64,000 nt of DNA from an uncultured Gammaproteobacteria bacterium (GTDB taxonomy: Bacteria; Patescibacteriota; Patescibacteriia; XYB2-FULL-38-15), in the NCBI GenBank assembly GCA_965231095.1, contig OZ246416.1, positions 343,277-407,276 of the forward strand. Direction: 5' to 3'. The position numbers and the translations under genes are program-made. Below the pieces are notes generated by a model. The model was not told the DNA's origin. It saw only the letters and a program-made list of their open reading frames with translations, and searched no databases. Positions 11,381 through 21,703 of this stretch are shown piece after piece (the stretch's first letter is position 1; each line of letters opens with the position of its first letter).

Positions 11381-12481
11381 TTAAAATTGTGTCGCCAAAC
11401 TGTACATCGGTAAAATTACCGCCGCCACCATAATGCCGACGCCTATGCCCATCAAAAGCATGATGAGCGGCTCCATAATCGTCGTCAAATTTCTCACCAT
11501 ATTTTCCGTTTCTCTCGTATAAAATTCCGTAATTCTTTCTAAAATAATACTGATTTTTCCGGTTTGCTCGCCAATCCCCAACATCTGCGTCACCATCACC
11601 GGAATTTCTTTACTTTTGGCAAAAACCGTCGTAATCGGATTGCCGTCTTCCACCTCGCGCATCGTTTTTGAAATCAACTCTTTATAAACCGCGTTGCCGG
11701 TAATTTCTCCGGCGATTTTTAAACTTCCGACAATTTCCACCCCGCCGGCAAGAAGCGTCGAAAGGCCGCGAGTAAAACGGACAATGTAAATTCTTTTAAA
11801 CAGCTGGCCAAAAATCGGGAGCTTTAATTTCAACATATCCCAAGATTTTCTTCCGAGAGGAAAACTGATCAAATATCTTATTCCCGCAACAGCGCCCGCC
11901 GCGAGAATCGCGAGCGCCCACCAATAATTTTTCATCACATCTGAAGTCGTAATCAAAATCCGAGTGGAAAGAGGCAATGTCCCGCCCGCTTCACGCAAAA
12001 TATCCGTTAATTTTGGAATGACAAAAATCATCATCACAATTCCAACGGCCACTAAACCAAATAAAATAAACGCCGGATAAATCATGGCGCCTTTTATTTT
12101 ACTCTGCAGATCATAATCTTTTTCCCGCTGCGTCGCGAGATAATCCAAAACTTCGTCCAGTTTTCCCGTCGTTTCTCCCGAGCGAATTATATTTACAAAA
12201 AAATCATCAAAAATGTGCGGATATCTTCCAAGCGCGATGGAAAGCTTCGCGCCGCCCTCCACGTCGGCGGCAAGATTTGCCACAACATTTTTTAAATTTT
12301 TGTTGGCCGTCTGACGGATCAAAACTTTTAAAGACTGGACAACCGGCACGTCAGCGGAAATCATAACCGAAAGCTGGCGGGCAAAAATAACCAAGTCCTT
12401 GGTCGGGACTCGGTTTAAAAATGGAATCTTTGCCAGGTATTTATCAAGATTTATGTCTAGGGTCATAAATTTAGAAATCAA
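11381..12481 (-). CDS. pilC: Type IV pilus platform protein (T2SSF family)
   Basis: FARQLSVMISA, SGETTGKLD, KIKGAMIYP, GEQTG, EPLIM. Confidence 0.93.
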   Translation of the reverse strand: MISKFMTLDINLDKYLAKIPFLNRVPTKDLVIFARQLSVMISADVPVVQSLKVLIRQTANKNLKNVVANLAADVEGGAKLSIALGRYPHIFDDFFVNIIRSGETTGKLDEVLDYLATQREKDYDLQSKIKGAMIYPAFILFGLVAVGIVMMIFVIPKLTDILREAGGTLPLSTRILITTSDVMKNYWWALAILAAGAVAGIRYLISFPLGRKSWDMLKLKLPIFGQLFKRIYIVRFTRGLSTLLAGGVEIVGSLKIAGEITGNAVYKELISKTMREVEDGNPITTVFAKSKEIPVMVTQMLGIGEQTGKISIILERITEFYTRETENMVRNLTTIMEPLIMLLMGIGVGIMVAAVILPMYSLATQF

Positions 12482-12502
12482 CTTTTAGCTCCCCTCCGCT
12501 CC

Positions 12503-14233
12503 CTACTCCTGCGTCGCCCGCAGTATTTCTTCTACGGTCGTCAGCCCCTCAAGCACTTTCAAAAATCCGTCCTGCTTCATGCTAACCATCCCCTGTTTTT
12601 TTCTTTCTTCGTTAAAACTCTTTACGTTAAATCCTTCGGCAATAATTCTTCTCAAATTTTCCGTTCCTTCCAAAACTTCTGAAATAACCACCCGGCCAGT
12701 ATAACCTTCATTATTGCAACGAGCGCAACCTGCTCCATGCCAAAATTTAAGAGGAGAATTTAAATCAACTCCGGGCGGCAAAAATTTCTTGGGCGTATCC
12801 GCTAACTCTTTTTTAATATTTTCTACAACATCAGCGGGCGTGGCGACTTCTTCCTTGCAAAAAGAACAAATTTTTCTAACCAAACGCTGAGCGATAACTA
12901 CGTTTAAAGTTGATGATAGTAAAAATGGCTCAACTTTCATGTCAATCAAGCGCGGGATGGCTCCGGCAGCATCGTTTGTATGCAGGGTGGAAAAAATCAA
13001 GTGGCCGGTCAGGGCGGCGTGAATTGCAAGTTCCGCCGTTTCGTTATCGCGGATTTCGCCAACCATAATAATATTTGGATCTTGGCGCAAAAGTGAGCGA
13101 AGCCCGGCGGCAAAAGTAAAACCGATTTCCGGCCGGATCTGCGATTGGTTTACTCCTTCAACATAATATTCTATCGGATCTTCCAGGGTGACAAGATTAA
13201 TTCCTTCACGATTCACCATGGAAAGCGCGGTGTAAAGAGTCGTTGATTTGCCAGAGCCGGTCGGGCCGGTTACAAGAAGCAAGCCATGCGGCCTTTTTAT
13301 TTCCCGACCAATAATTTCCACCGCCCGTCCGCGAAATCCCAAATCTTCAAGCGTTGCCGCTTTTGTCGCCGTCTCCAAAACTCTCATCACAACTTTTTCC
13401 TGATCCATCAGGGGCAGCGTGGAAATACGAAAATCAACATTTCTTCCATTAATCACTTGTCTGATTCTGCCGTCTTGAGGGGTTCTTGTCTCGTCCAATT
13501 TTAAATTTGCTAAAACTTTAATTCTTGCCACCACGGCCGCGTGAATGTAGGCCGGAAGAGCAAGCCGCGGACGGAGAACTCCGTCAATCCGGTAACGAAC
13601 TCTTGATTCTTTAAACGCCGGCTCAATATGAATATCCGAAGCCTTATTATCAACCGCGTATTTCATGATCATAGCGACCATTTTGGAAACCGGGGCTTTT
13701 TTAATCACCTCCGCCACCTCGCCCATCGGAATTTCTTCAAGCTCCTTTTCTTCTTTAAATCTTTCTTCGGCGATTTCCAAAACTTTTTCCACCTCTTTTT
13801 TCAAAATCTCATATTTTTTTGCCGCATCGCGGAAACTGGCCGAAGAAATTATAAAATATTTCACGGAGAAATTTTTTTCTTTGGCCAAAAAATTAATCGC
13901 TTCTATGGCCGCGATATTTCCCGGATTTACAATACCCACATTAACCGCGCCATCAAGCTTAAGAAAAGAAACAGCCTGGTGATTTTCCGCCACGTCTTTC
14001 GAAATAATATTCAGATCTTCATATTTTATCTCCCGGCCGACCAAATTAACATATGGCAAATTAAAAACCTTGCCCTTTACTTCGGCCAGTTTTTCTTCCT
14101 CAATCTGGCCGGATTCATCAATAAGGGCTTCTATGCTTTTTCCCGTTTTTTGACTTTGCTCCAAAAGAACTCCCGCCTTTTCTCCGTCAATCAATTTTTC
14201 CTGAAGCAAAATACTAAGCAATGGGCTGTCCAT
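12503..14233 (-). CDS. pilB: Type IV pilus assembly ATPase
   Basis: ASDIHIEP, GPTGSGKSTT, LRQDPNIIMVGEIRD, Cys tetrad. Confidence 0.95.
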   Translation of the reverse strand: MDSPLLSILLQEKLIDGEKAGVLLEQSQKTGKSIEALIDESGQIEEEKLAEVKGKVFNLPYVNLVGREIKYEDLNIISKDVAENHQAVSFLKLDGAVNVGIVNPGNIAAIEAINFLAKEKNFSVKYFIISSASFRDAAKKYEILKKEVEKVLEIAEERFKEEKELEEIPMGEVAEVIKKAPVSKMVAMIMKYAVDNKASDIHIEPAFKESRVRYRIDGVLRPRLALPAYIHAAVVARIKVLANLKLDETRTPQDGRIRQVINGRNVDFRISTLPLMDQEKVVMRVLETATKAATLEDLGFRGRAVEIIGREIKRPHGLLLVTGPTGSGKSTTLYTALSMVNREGINLVTLEDPIEYYVEGVNQSQIRPEIGFTFAAGLRSLLRQDPNIIMVGEIRDNETAELAIHAALTGHLIFSTLHTNDAAGAIPRLIDMKVEPFLLSSTLNVVIAQRLVRKICSFCKEEVATPADVVENIKKELADTPKKFLPPGVDLNSPLKFWHGAGCARCNNEGYTGRVVISEVLEGTENLRRIIAEGFNVKSFNEERKKQGMVSMKQDGFLKVLEGLTTVEEILRATQE

Positions 14234-14234
14234 A

Positions 14235-14477
14235 CTAAAATTTCATGAAAGGATTTATTTTACCTTTTTGCCCGGCTTCAACCGGCAAAACCACATACTC
14301 CTTCAATCCTTCGAATTTTTCATTGGAAAAAATCTTAACATTAAAATTCGTCTCCATGGTTTTTGCAACGCCAAGCACGCTCTCGGGCTCGCCACTTACT
14401 AAATTATAATATAAAAAATATCCGCCGGCCGCGACAACCAACAAAATAATTATTAAAATTAAAGCTCGCTTTTTCAT
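14235..14477 (-). CDS. Small membrane protein in PilP position
   Basis: N-terminal TM, C-terminal GKINPF; lies between pilO and pilB. Confidence 0.6.
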   Translation of the reverse strand: MKKRALILIIILLVVAAGGYFLYYNLVSGEPESVLGVAKTMETNFNVKIFSNEKFEGLKEYVVLPVEAGQKGKINPFMKF

Positions 14478-14481
14478 AAAT

Positions 14482-15105
14482 TTATGGAGTAATCTGGACG
14501 GCAGACTCCGCCGCCGCCATGCGGTAAGTTTTTAAATTCAGGGCATAAGTCGCTGTTTCCGGCGTATAATTTATTGAAACAATATCCATTAATCTCAAGT
14601 TCGCTTCCAAATCGGTTAAGAATTTTTTAAAATCATTGTAAGAATCTTCCGAGTCCGGACCGGCCGTAAGATTTAAGGAAGCTTGAATTTCCATCACGCC
14701 TGAATTTTCTAAAATTTCCGTTGATTCTTTTTCACTGATATCAACTCCCAAAACAATGATTTTATTTTTCTTCGCTAAAAATTCAAACAAAGTAAAAAGT
14801 CCGGCTTCATCAATTTCATTGGGCAGCATCGCCTCAATTTTTTCCTTATCTTCGGAAGAAATTTCGTCGTAATTTTTCAATAATTTATTGATGTCGCTAA
14901 AAATTTTTGATTCATCTTGGAGCGCCTGACTCTTGGAAACTATTTTCGCTCGGGCACCCTCTAGGCGTCCGTACTCCGGCCAAATTAAAAGATATGCCGC
15001 AACGGCAAAAATCGTAATCAATAAAAATATCAAAAGCGCGGAAGACGATTTTGCTTTCGGTTCTTCCGGTTTTTCCTTATTTTTTTTCTCCTCTGCTTTT
15101 TCCAT
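14482..15105 (-). CDS. pilO: PilO-like protein
   Basis: TM plus coiled coil, AMLP, FLTDLEANLRLMDI. Confidence 0.8.
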   Translation of the reverse strand: MEKAEEKKNKEKPEEPKAKSSSALLIFLLITIFAVAAYLLIWPEYGRLEGARAKIVSKSQALQDESKIFSDINKLLKNYDEISSEDKEKIEAMLPNEIDEAGLFTLFEFLAKKNKIIVLGVDISEKESTEILENSGVMEIQASLNLTAGPDSEDSYNDFKKFLTDLEANLRLMDIVSINYTPETATYALNLKTYRMAAAESAVQITP

Positions 15106-15111
15106 AATTAA

Positions 15112-16179
15112 TTATTTCAGAAAAATTTTCGGATTGAATTGTAATTTCGCGTCAAAATTAATTTCCGTGACATTTCCTTCGGTGTCTACGCTCGCGGAAG
15201 CGGAAAGAACCGAAACTTTGGAAACTTGATCGCCGGCGCGGAATGCCGTAATTTGCCTTGCCATCGCCGCGTAACTTTTTGCCACGCCCGACATTACAAT
15301 CTGTCCGTCGTCTCCGCCGATTAAATTAACAAAATAAACATCCGCCACGGTATTTTTTTCCAAAAAAGAAAATAAGTTTGTCCAATAAATATGATTTCCC
15401 AAAATTTTATCCGCGATTTTTAATTTTTTCTGAAAATTTTGCGCCTCGCCTCTCTCCGAATCCAACGCTTGATTTTTTTCTCTCGCCGCACCTAAATCCG
15501 CCTCAATTTTTTGTAAATCCAAATCTGCTTGCCCCTGATACCAGCCCAAAATAAAATACAATCCTCCGCCACATAGGGCTAAAATAATTGCCACTGAAGC
15601 GAGGAGAATCGCTTTCTTGGAAGTTTTTCTCTTTTCTTTATCCGCCGATTCTTCTTCAGGAATCAAAGTAATATCAGGAGGAATTTTCTCTCCCGGCGGT
15701 TTTGAAAATTTTCCTCTTGGCGCGTTATTTTTCTGCCGCGGCGGTTCAACTTTTTGCGGGGGCTTCGGCACCGGTAAAGGTTTGTTTTCCATGGGCGGCC
15801 TTGGCGGCGCGGGAGGCAAAACTGGTTTTAGCGCGGGCGGCGGAGTTGGACGAGAAAAAACAGGCGAAACAGGCGGAGGCGGAGAAGGTGGAACCGATTT
15901 TGGAATTTCTCTTTGTATTTTAAAAACTGAAAGATCCGGCTCCGCAGCTGGCTTTGGGGAAGGCGCAACCCCTTGCGACGCGGGCGCGGGTTTTGGCGTT
16001 GGTTTTGAACTAAAAAATTTCCCCATGAAAGTTGGTTTTTGGGATTTTTCCTCCATTTCGGGAACAAATAATTTCACCTCCGGCCTTTCTTCTTTTTTCT
16101 TCCTCTCTTCCGGCTTTTGAAATTCAGGAGGTAAAAGTTCAATGTCGTCGCTCCCGATGTTTTTCGTGCCGTTCGGCAT
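15112..16179 (-). CDS. pilN: PilN-like protein with a long Pro-rich cytoplasmic N-terminus
   Basis: DITLIP (PilM-binding-like) before the TM, HIYWTNLF, SGVAKSY; directly after pilM. Confidence 0.75.
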   Translation of the reverse strand: MPNGTKNIGSDDIELLPPEFQKPEERKKKEERPEVKLFVPEMEEKSQKPTFMGKFFSSKPTPKPAPASQGVAPSPKPAAEPDLSVFKIQREIPKSVPPSPPPPVSPVFSRPTPPPALKPVLPPAPPRPPMENKPLPVPKPPQKVEPPRQKNNAPRGKFSKPPGEKIPPDITLIPEEESADKEKRKTSKKAILLASVAIILALCGGGLYFILGWYQGQADLDLQKIEADLGAAREKNQALDSERGEAQNFQKKLKIADKILGNHIYWTNLFSFLEKNTVADVYFVNLIGGDDGQIVMSGVAKSYAAMARQITAFRAGDQVSKVSVLSASASVDTEGNVTEINFDAKLQFNPKIFLK

Positions 16180-16210
16180 TGTTATTTTATTACTTTATCG
16201 TCTACTATTT

Positions 16211-17272
16211 TTATTCCAATTCGCGCATCGCGAGCCCGATTGCCACAGAAAATTTTGGCCCGATTTGATCCAAAATCGGTTTTAGTTCTTCTGGATAAAT
16301 TATTCTCGCCCAAGGATTCCCGGCGTAAACTCGGAGATTCAACGCTCCCGAAAGATATTCAACAAAATTGGGCAGAAGCGCTCCGCCGCCGGTCAAAATT
16401 ACTTTTTCAATTCTTTTTCCCGATCCCCCTTCTTGATTTTGATAAATATTGGAACAATATTTTATTTCATTCAAAAGCATTGACAGCGCCCGCTCTACGA
16501 TTTTAGAAACTCCCCCGCCCGCGCCCGGCGACATCCCGGCATCGTATTTCATCTGTTCGGCCTGATTAAAATCAATTCCAAGGCTCGTGCCAATTTCTTT
16601 AGTAATATTTATTCCACCAACGTTTAAAGAACGGTTCAAAAACGGCACACCATTTTCAATAATGGAAATCGCCGTGCTTGCCGCGCCCATGTCCACCACA
16701 ATCACCGTGGATTTATCAACTCCAACGAGCGCGCGAACTAGGGCAAAAGTTTCTGTTTCCAAACTTACCAAATTCAAACCGGCGCCCTTGAAAATTTCTA
16801 AATATTTTTTTACCAAATTTTTCGCCGCCGCCGTCAGAAGAACTCTTGTTGTTTTCTGCGGAGCCGCGACCGGCGCGCCAACAGTCGGCGAGGCAACTTC
16901 TCCGGAATTCAAAACTTTCCAATCCAAAATCATCTCTTCCAGAGGCAACGGAATAATTTTTTTTGCCTCCCATCGCACCGCTTCAGCCAGATCTTTTCCC
17001 GGCGCGGCCGGAATATTTATCACTGAACTGAAAACCGAGGCGCTGGGCAGTGCCGCTACGGCTTGCTTGGAAACCGTTCTCGCTTTAGCGGAAATTTTTT
17101 TAATCAAATCAATCGCCCGCTCCGGAGTTTCGGTAAATTCTTTTTCCGGAAAACCGACGCTCTGCTCGGTATATCCATAAGTTAGAAGCCGCGGCCTCCC
17201 CGCCTCTTCTTTTAATTCAACAATTTTAATGCTTGTCGCGCCCAAATCAACGCCCAAATAACTTTTGGTCAT
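16211..17272 (-). CDS. pilM: Type IV pilus assembly protein PilM
   Basis: GVDLGATSIKIVE, DMGA, LTGGGA, AIGLAMR actin-fold motifs. Confidence 0.95.
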   Translation of the reverse strand: MTKSYLGVDLGATSIKIVELKEEAGRPRLLTYGYTEQSVGFPEKEFTETPERAIDLIKKISAKARTVSKQAVAALPSASVFSSVINIPAAPGKDLAEAVRWEAKKIIPLPLEEMILDWKVLNSGEVASPTVGAPVAAPQKTTRVLLTAAAKNLVKKYLEIFKGAGLNLVSLETETFALVRALVGVDKSTVIVVDMGAASTAISIIENGVPFLNRSLNVGGINITKEIGTSLGIDFNQAEQMKYDAGMSPGAGGGVSKIVERALSMLLNEIKYCSNIYQNQEGGSGKRIEKVILTGGGALLPNFVEYLSGALNLRVYAGNPWARIIYPEELKPILDQIGPKFSVAIGLAMRELE

Positions 17273-17345
17273 ATTTTATTAACAGTTAACAATTGACACT
17301 TAACAATTAACTTTATTATAGCACAAAAATAAGCCGCAAACCATT

Positions 17346-18926
17346 CTACGGCGCCGCCTCCCGCCAAACAGGCAGGGCTCCGATTAAATCAGCCATTCCC
17401 GGCGGCGTATTGGCCAGCACCCGGCCGTCGTAAATTACTTGTTCCGAACCGCGCTCCGCCGACTGCCAAAGCCGCTCAAATCTAAATTTTTTTGTAAGCA
17501 TTAATCCGCGAACCGTAAGCGGTACGTCGGTCCGGCGGTTATTAGTCGTCCCCGTACTGATTTCTTGTTCCGCGTAAAACGCCCCAACCAACTTTTCCAC
17601 TGCCGGATTAATTATTATTTTCCCTTTCATTCCGGAACCGTCGTCAAGCACCAGCCAACCGACCGAAGCCAAATTTGTTAAATTCGTCACTGCTCCGGCT
17701 TGATAAGCAAGATCGCCGGTAATTGTTAGATTTCCTTTGACCACAATCAGCCCCGCCCCACTTTGCCGCCCGGGGCCATTGCTGAACGTTTTAGCGTTAA
17801 TTGTAAGATCGCCATTTTTATAATAAACTTTTCCCGCGAGCAAATCCGGGATATCCCCTTCTCCCGCAATATTTTTTATCAACCCATATTCACCGGCTAA
17901 AATCCCATCCAAGTCAATTTTCCCAAAAATATTTGTATAAAGATTCGCCGACTTGGGAAAATCAAAATTTTCAAAAGGCGTCCTGATGCATCCTTCACTG
18001 CTTACAAAATGCGTAACCGCGCCCGTGGATAAAATACAATAAGTCGCATTATATTTATTAATCAATTCAACAAAACCGCTCGGCGATTCAACCGAAAGTT
18101 TTCCATAAATTTCTCCGTATTTTGTTTCAAGCCAAGGCGAAGCCAAGCCAAGCCCGCCCGGAGTCGGAGAAAAATTCAGCCAGCCGACGCCGACTGCCGG
18201 ATCATCATTTCCGTTCCAAGCCCACCCGACGATTCTTCCGTTTTGTCGATCAACCGACACTCCGTATTTGTCGCAAAAAGTGCAAGAGTTACACGTATCT
18301 TCCGACGCTCCCCGCGCGCAATCAAAACACTGGCCGCAAATATTTCCGATTCCTGTTTCTGACGGATCGGGAAATTTATCAGTAAAACAAATATTACATT
18401 GGTAATCAATTATTGGCGGATCCCCGGGAATTTCCACGTCCTGGCAATCAGCGCAGGCGCGATACGGCCCGCCCGGCATTCCAGCGTCCGGTCCGCGAAG
18501 TTTTAACCATCCTCCGTCTCCCAACGCCAAAACTTTTGCCCAACCCGTAATTCTTCCGAGAACCGAATCATAAATTGCCCGCGCCACCGCTCCGCCCGGT
18601 GCGAGCTCTCCAAGGGGATTACTAAAACGCACCCACCCAACATTTTCCGACCAAAGATAACCGCTAACTGTTCCATCATCTTCCACGTTCATTCCATAAT
18701 CAATTCTCCCGATGTCCGGACACAATCCTAAATTTGAACAATTCGCCGAAAACCAACCAAAATTATCCGATGACCATGCCCAACCCGCAACATTATCCCC
18801 CTCGCCGGCTTGAGCCTCATCAATCTTCTCTTTTACCAACAAAAAAGCGCTGATTGAAAAAATAAAAAACAAAATCAGCGCCAATTTAAAAATTTTACTG
18901 CTAAGGATTTTTCCTGCCTTTTTCAT
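17346..18926 (-). CDS. Secreted CPR-type surface protein (GW-repeat beta domain, Cys-rich insert)
   Basis: Signal/TM segment; GWAWS..GW, GYLWS..GW and GWAWN..GW repeats; several CxxC; C-terminal PPG motif. Confidence 0.7.
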   Translation of the reverse strand: MKKAGKILSSKIFKLALILFFIFSISAFLLVKEKIDEAQAGEGDNVAGWAWSSDNFGWFSANCSNLGLCPDIGRIDYGMNVEDDGTVSGYLWSENVGWVRFSNPLGELAPGGAVARAIYDSVLGRITGWAKVLALGDGGWLKLRGPDAGMPGGPYRACADCQDVEIPGDPPIIDYQCNICFTDKFPDPSETGIGNICGQCFDCARGASEDTCNSCTFCDKYGVSVDRQNGRIVGWAWNGNDDPAVGVGWLNFSPTPGGLGLASPWLETKYGEIYGKLSVESPSGFVELINKYNATYCILSTGAVTHFVSSEGCIRTPFENFDFPKSANLYTNIFGKIDLDGILAGEYGLIKNIAGEGDIPDLLAGKVYYKNGDLTINAKTFSNGPGRQSGAGLIVVKGNLTITGDLAYQAGAVTNLTNLASVGWLVLDDGSGMKGKIIINPAVEKLVGAFYAEQEISTGTTNNRRTDVPLTVRGLMLTKKFRFERLWQSAERGSEQVIYDGRVLANTPPGMADLIGALPVWREAAP

Positions 18927-18969
18927 GCTTTAATTATAACACAAAAAACTCTTCCTGTGATCTATAAAT

Positions 18970-19127
18970 AAATCAGCGATTTTATCGAAAAAACCTTGCG
19001 GAGGGCCGCAGCAAAATTTACACTTTCAAAAATATTTCCGCGGCCCGAGCTAGAGCGCGCGGAAAAAAGATATTTTCTCTAATAAAATTTCTTGCGACGC
19101 GTGTTTTTGAGATAAAATCGCTGATTT
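18970..19127. mobile_element. ~158-bp MITE/REP-like element with perfect 17-bp terminal inverted repeats
   Basis: aaatcagcgattttatc (18970-18986) and gataaaatcgctgattt (19111-19127); internal stems. Confidence 0.65.
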
Positions 19128-19532
19128 TTAATGTTGGTCAATCGCTTCATTCACCAACTTATCCGCCTCTTTATTTTTTTCCCGCGGCACATGCGTGAAA
19201 GTAGCCTTTTTAAATCCCATACTCAAGTTCCAAGCCTGAACAAAAAGCGGCGCCAGATCTTTATCCTTAACTTTATATTCTCGATTTAATTGTTTAACCA
19301 CAAGCTCACTATCCAAAAAAAATTCCAATTCTTCCACGCTCAATTTTTTAACCTCTTCCAGCGCCAAAATCACGGCTTTGTACTCAGCCTGATTATTGGT
19401 TGCCACGCCAATATATTTTTTATGCCGCCCGACAAGCTCGTTTCCCGACCAGATGACCACGCCAATCCCGGCCGGCCCGGGATTACCGCGCGCGCCGCCG
19501 TCGGTAAAAATTTGAAGTTTATTATATTTCAT
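19128..19532 (-). CDS. rnhA: Ribonuclease HI family protein
   Basis: FTDGGARGNPGPAG, TNNQAEY, DSELVVKQ, HVPREKNKEADKL. Confidence 0.93.
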   Translation of the reverse strand: MKYNKLQIFTDGGARGNPGPAGIGVVIWSGNELVGRHKKYIGVATNNQAEYKAVILALEEVKKLSVEELEFFLDSELVVKQLNREYKVKDKDLAPLFVQAWNLSMGFKKATFTHVPREKNKEADKLVNEAIDQH

Positions 19533-19536
19533 AAAT

Positions 19537-21261
19537 TCACTCGTTCAATTTTAAATCAACAATTTTCATTTGCAATTCCCTATTTCCGTTCCACTCATTA
19601 ACATCAACTTCAAAAACCACATCAATCTTGTCACCAATTTTTAATTTCTGACACCAATCTCCAAAACAAAACCCAATAAATTTTTTCCGCAAACCATTTC
19701 CCTGGCTCAAATTTATCCGCAAATGATTTCCATTTGTTCCGACACTTTCCAAACTTTCCACCGACATTCCTCGACCCAAATACCGCGGCCGCTCATTTGC
19801 TCGGCCAAACGGCGCAAATTTTTCCAAAAGCCCAAACAATTCCCAATTTATTTTTTCCAAATGCACTTCCGCGTCAATCTCTAGGGTCGGCGTAAGATCC
19901 GCCCCGTCCAATTTTTTCTCCGCGAATTTTTGCAATGCTTTTTTAAATTTTTTAAAATCTTTTTTATTTTTCAAAGTAAAACCGCACGCTCCGGCATGCC
20001 CGCCATAGTGAGACAAAAATTCTTTTGCCGCGCGAAGTCCTTCCATAATATCAAACTCCGGAATACTTCTCCCCGAACCCATAATCACGTCCTCGCGCTC
20101 AGTCATAACAAAAGTCGGCCGCCAAAATTTATCGGCAATTTTCCCCGCGACCAATCCGACAATCCCGACCGGCCAGCCCTCCCCCAGAGCGAACAAAACT
20201 TTTTCTTCCCCAATCTCTTCTCCGATTTGCGCCTTTGCCTCCCCCATAACTTTCTCGCTCAAACTCTGCCTGCTTTCATTTGTTTTATTTAGGGCGTCAA
20301 CAAGATTTTGAACTTCTTTTACGTCGTCGGTTTTTAAAAGTTCATACGCCTGATTGGCGTGATCAATTCTTCCCGCCGCGTTCAGCCGCGGACCGATTTG
20401 AAAACCAACATTTTTCGCGTCAAGATCTTTATTTTTATTCAAACTCAAAGACTCAATTAATTTTTTCAAACCAATCCTTTGAGTTTTATTCAAAACTAAA
20501 AGTCCATATTTCACGATCGTCCTATTTTCTCCCAAAAGCGGCATAATGTCGGTGATCGTCGCGATTGCTACCAAATCCAAAAGCCATTTTTCAAAAGCTT
20601 CGGGATCAAGCTGTAATCCACTGCTCGCGAACCGCGAACTTCGGAGTATCGCTTGCACCATTTTAAACGCCACGCCTGCGCCGGACAATTCCTTGAAAGG
20701 ATATTTTTCCCGGGCAAGATGCGGATCAATAATCGCGAACGCCGAGCTAGGCAATTCCGGCGGCTCGGCATGGTGATCGGTAATGATTACATCAATTCCC
20801 AACTCCGCGGCTTTTTTTATTTCCAGACGATTACTAATTCCACAATCAGTCGTGATAATCAATTTTACTCCATTTTTTCCCAACTCTTCCACGGTTTGCA
20901 TATTAAGTCCATAACCTTCAAGTTCGCGATGGGGAATGTAGACCCCAACATCCGCGCCCATGGCGGAAAGCGTGGACACCATTACTAACGCGGAGCAAAC
21001 TCCGTCGGCGTCGTAATCACCGTGCACAACAATTTTTTCTTTTTTTTCTATGCCCCCAAAAACCCGCTCCACCGCCTTTTCCATATCTAAAAATAAGAAC
21101 GGGTCATGAATATCCTGGCTATAATCAGGATACAAAAATTCATCAATTTGCTCTTGGGTTTTAATTCCGCGATTTGCCAATAATTGCAAAATCACCGGAT
21201 CAATTTCCGGGAATTTATTTTTAAACTCTTCACTGATTTGCTCGGCGACTTCCCACTTCAT
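19537..21261 (-). CDS. recJ: ssDNA-specific exonuclease RecJ
   Basis: GDYDADG, TDCG, TDHH, GPRLNAAGR, GSGRS, GGH. Confidence 0.96.
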   Translation of the reverse strand: MKWEVAEQISEEFKNKFPEIDPVILQLLANRGIKTQEQIDEFLYPDYSQDIHDPFLFLDMEKAVERVFGGIEKKEKIVVHGDYDADGVCSALVMVSTLSAMGADVGVYIPHRELEGYGLNMQTVEELGKNGVKLIITTDCGISNRLEIKKAAELGIDVIITDHHAEPPELPSSAFAIIDPHLAREKYPFKELSGAGVAFKMVQAILRSSRFASSGLQLDPEAFEKWLLDLVAIATITDIMPLLGENRTIVKYGLLVLNKTQRIGLKKLIESLSLNKNKDLDAKNVGFQIGPRLNAAGRIDHANQAYELLKTDDVKEVQNLVDALNKTNESRQSLSEKVMGEAKAQIGEEIGEEKVLFALGEGWPVGIVGLVAGKIADKFWRPTFVMTEREDVIMGSGRSIPEFDIMEGLRAAKEFLSHYGGHAGACGFTLKNKKDFKKFKKALQKFAEKKLDGADLTPTLEIDAEVHLEKINWELFGLLEKFAPFGRANERPRYLGRGMSVESLESVGTNGNHLRINLSQGNGLRKKFIGFCFGDWCQKLKIGDKIDVVFEVDVNEWNGNRELQMKIVDLKLNE

Positions 21262-21262
21262 A

Positions 21263-21358
21263 TCAAAACATCGGCGCGACAGTCCAAATAATCATGGAAA
21301 AAACAACCATGGCGCTTAAAATTATCCAAACAATTTTTTGTATATTTCTTTTTTTCAT
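21263..21358 (-). CDS. 31-aa single-TM microprotein (Prli42/DUF4044-like pattern)
   Basis: MKKRNIQKIVWIILSAMVVFSMIIWTVAPMF*, ending 1 nt before the recJ ATG; below the ORF-track cut-off. Confidence 0.65.
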   Translation of the reverse strand: MKKRNIQKIVWIILSAMVVFSMIIWTVAPMF

Positions 21359-21430
21359 AAATAAATTAAAAAAATAAATATTGGACTATTATAGCACATT
21401 TTAAAAAACAAAAACACCGCCACCACATTA

Positions 21431-21470
21431 CCCTCCTCGCCCCTCCGGGGAGAGGGTTGGGTGAGGGGGC
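21431..21470. repeat. BoxC-like palindromic repeat, copy 1
   Basis: cctcgcccctccggggagagggttgggtgaggggg, flanked by 20-bp direct repeats. Confidence 0.65.
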
Positions 21471-21500
21471 AAAAAACAAAAACACCGCCAGTCGGCGGTG
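21471..21500 (-). terminator. Intrinsic terminator downstream of the GC-rich orphan
   Basis: caccgcc-agtc-ggcggtg hairpin followed by a T-tract on the minus strand. Confidence 0.6.
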
Positions 21501-21703
21501 CCCTTGCGTGGGATTTAAAGATAGTCAAAAATGACTAAAATTTTATTTTTGTTTTGTAATCCCTTTTCTCCAAACCAACTTATGTTGATTTAGAGGAAAG
21601 GGACTTGGAGCAAGCGAACATCACTTTGCATCTTGCGATGTTTGGTGAATGCGGTCCGAATTGCTCGGACCTGCTTGCTCCAAGATCTGGGTTGGACTTC
21701 TCT

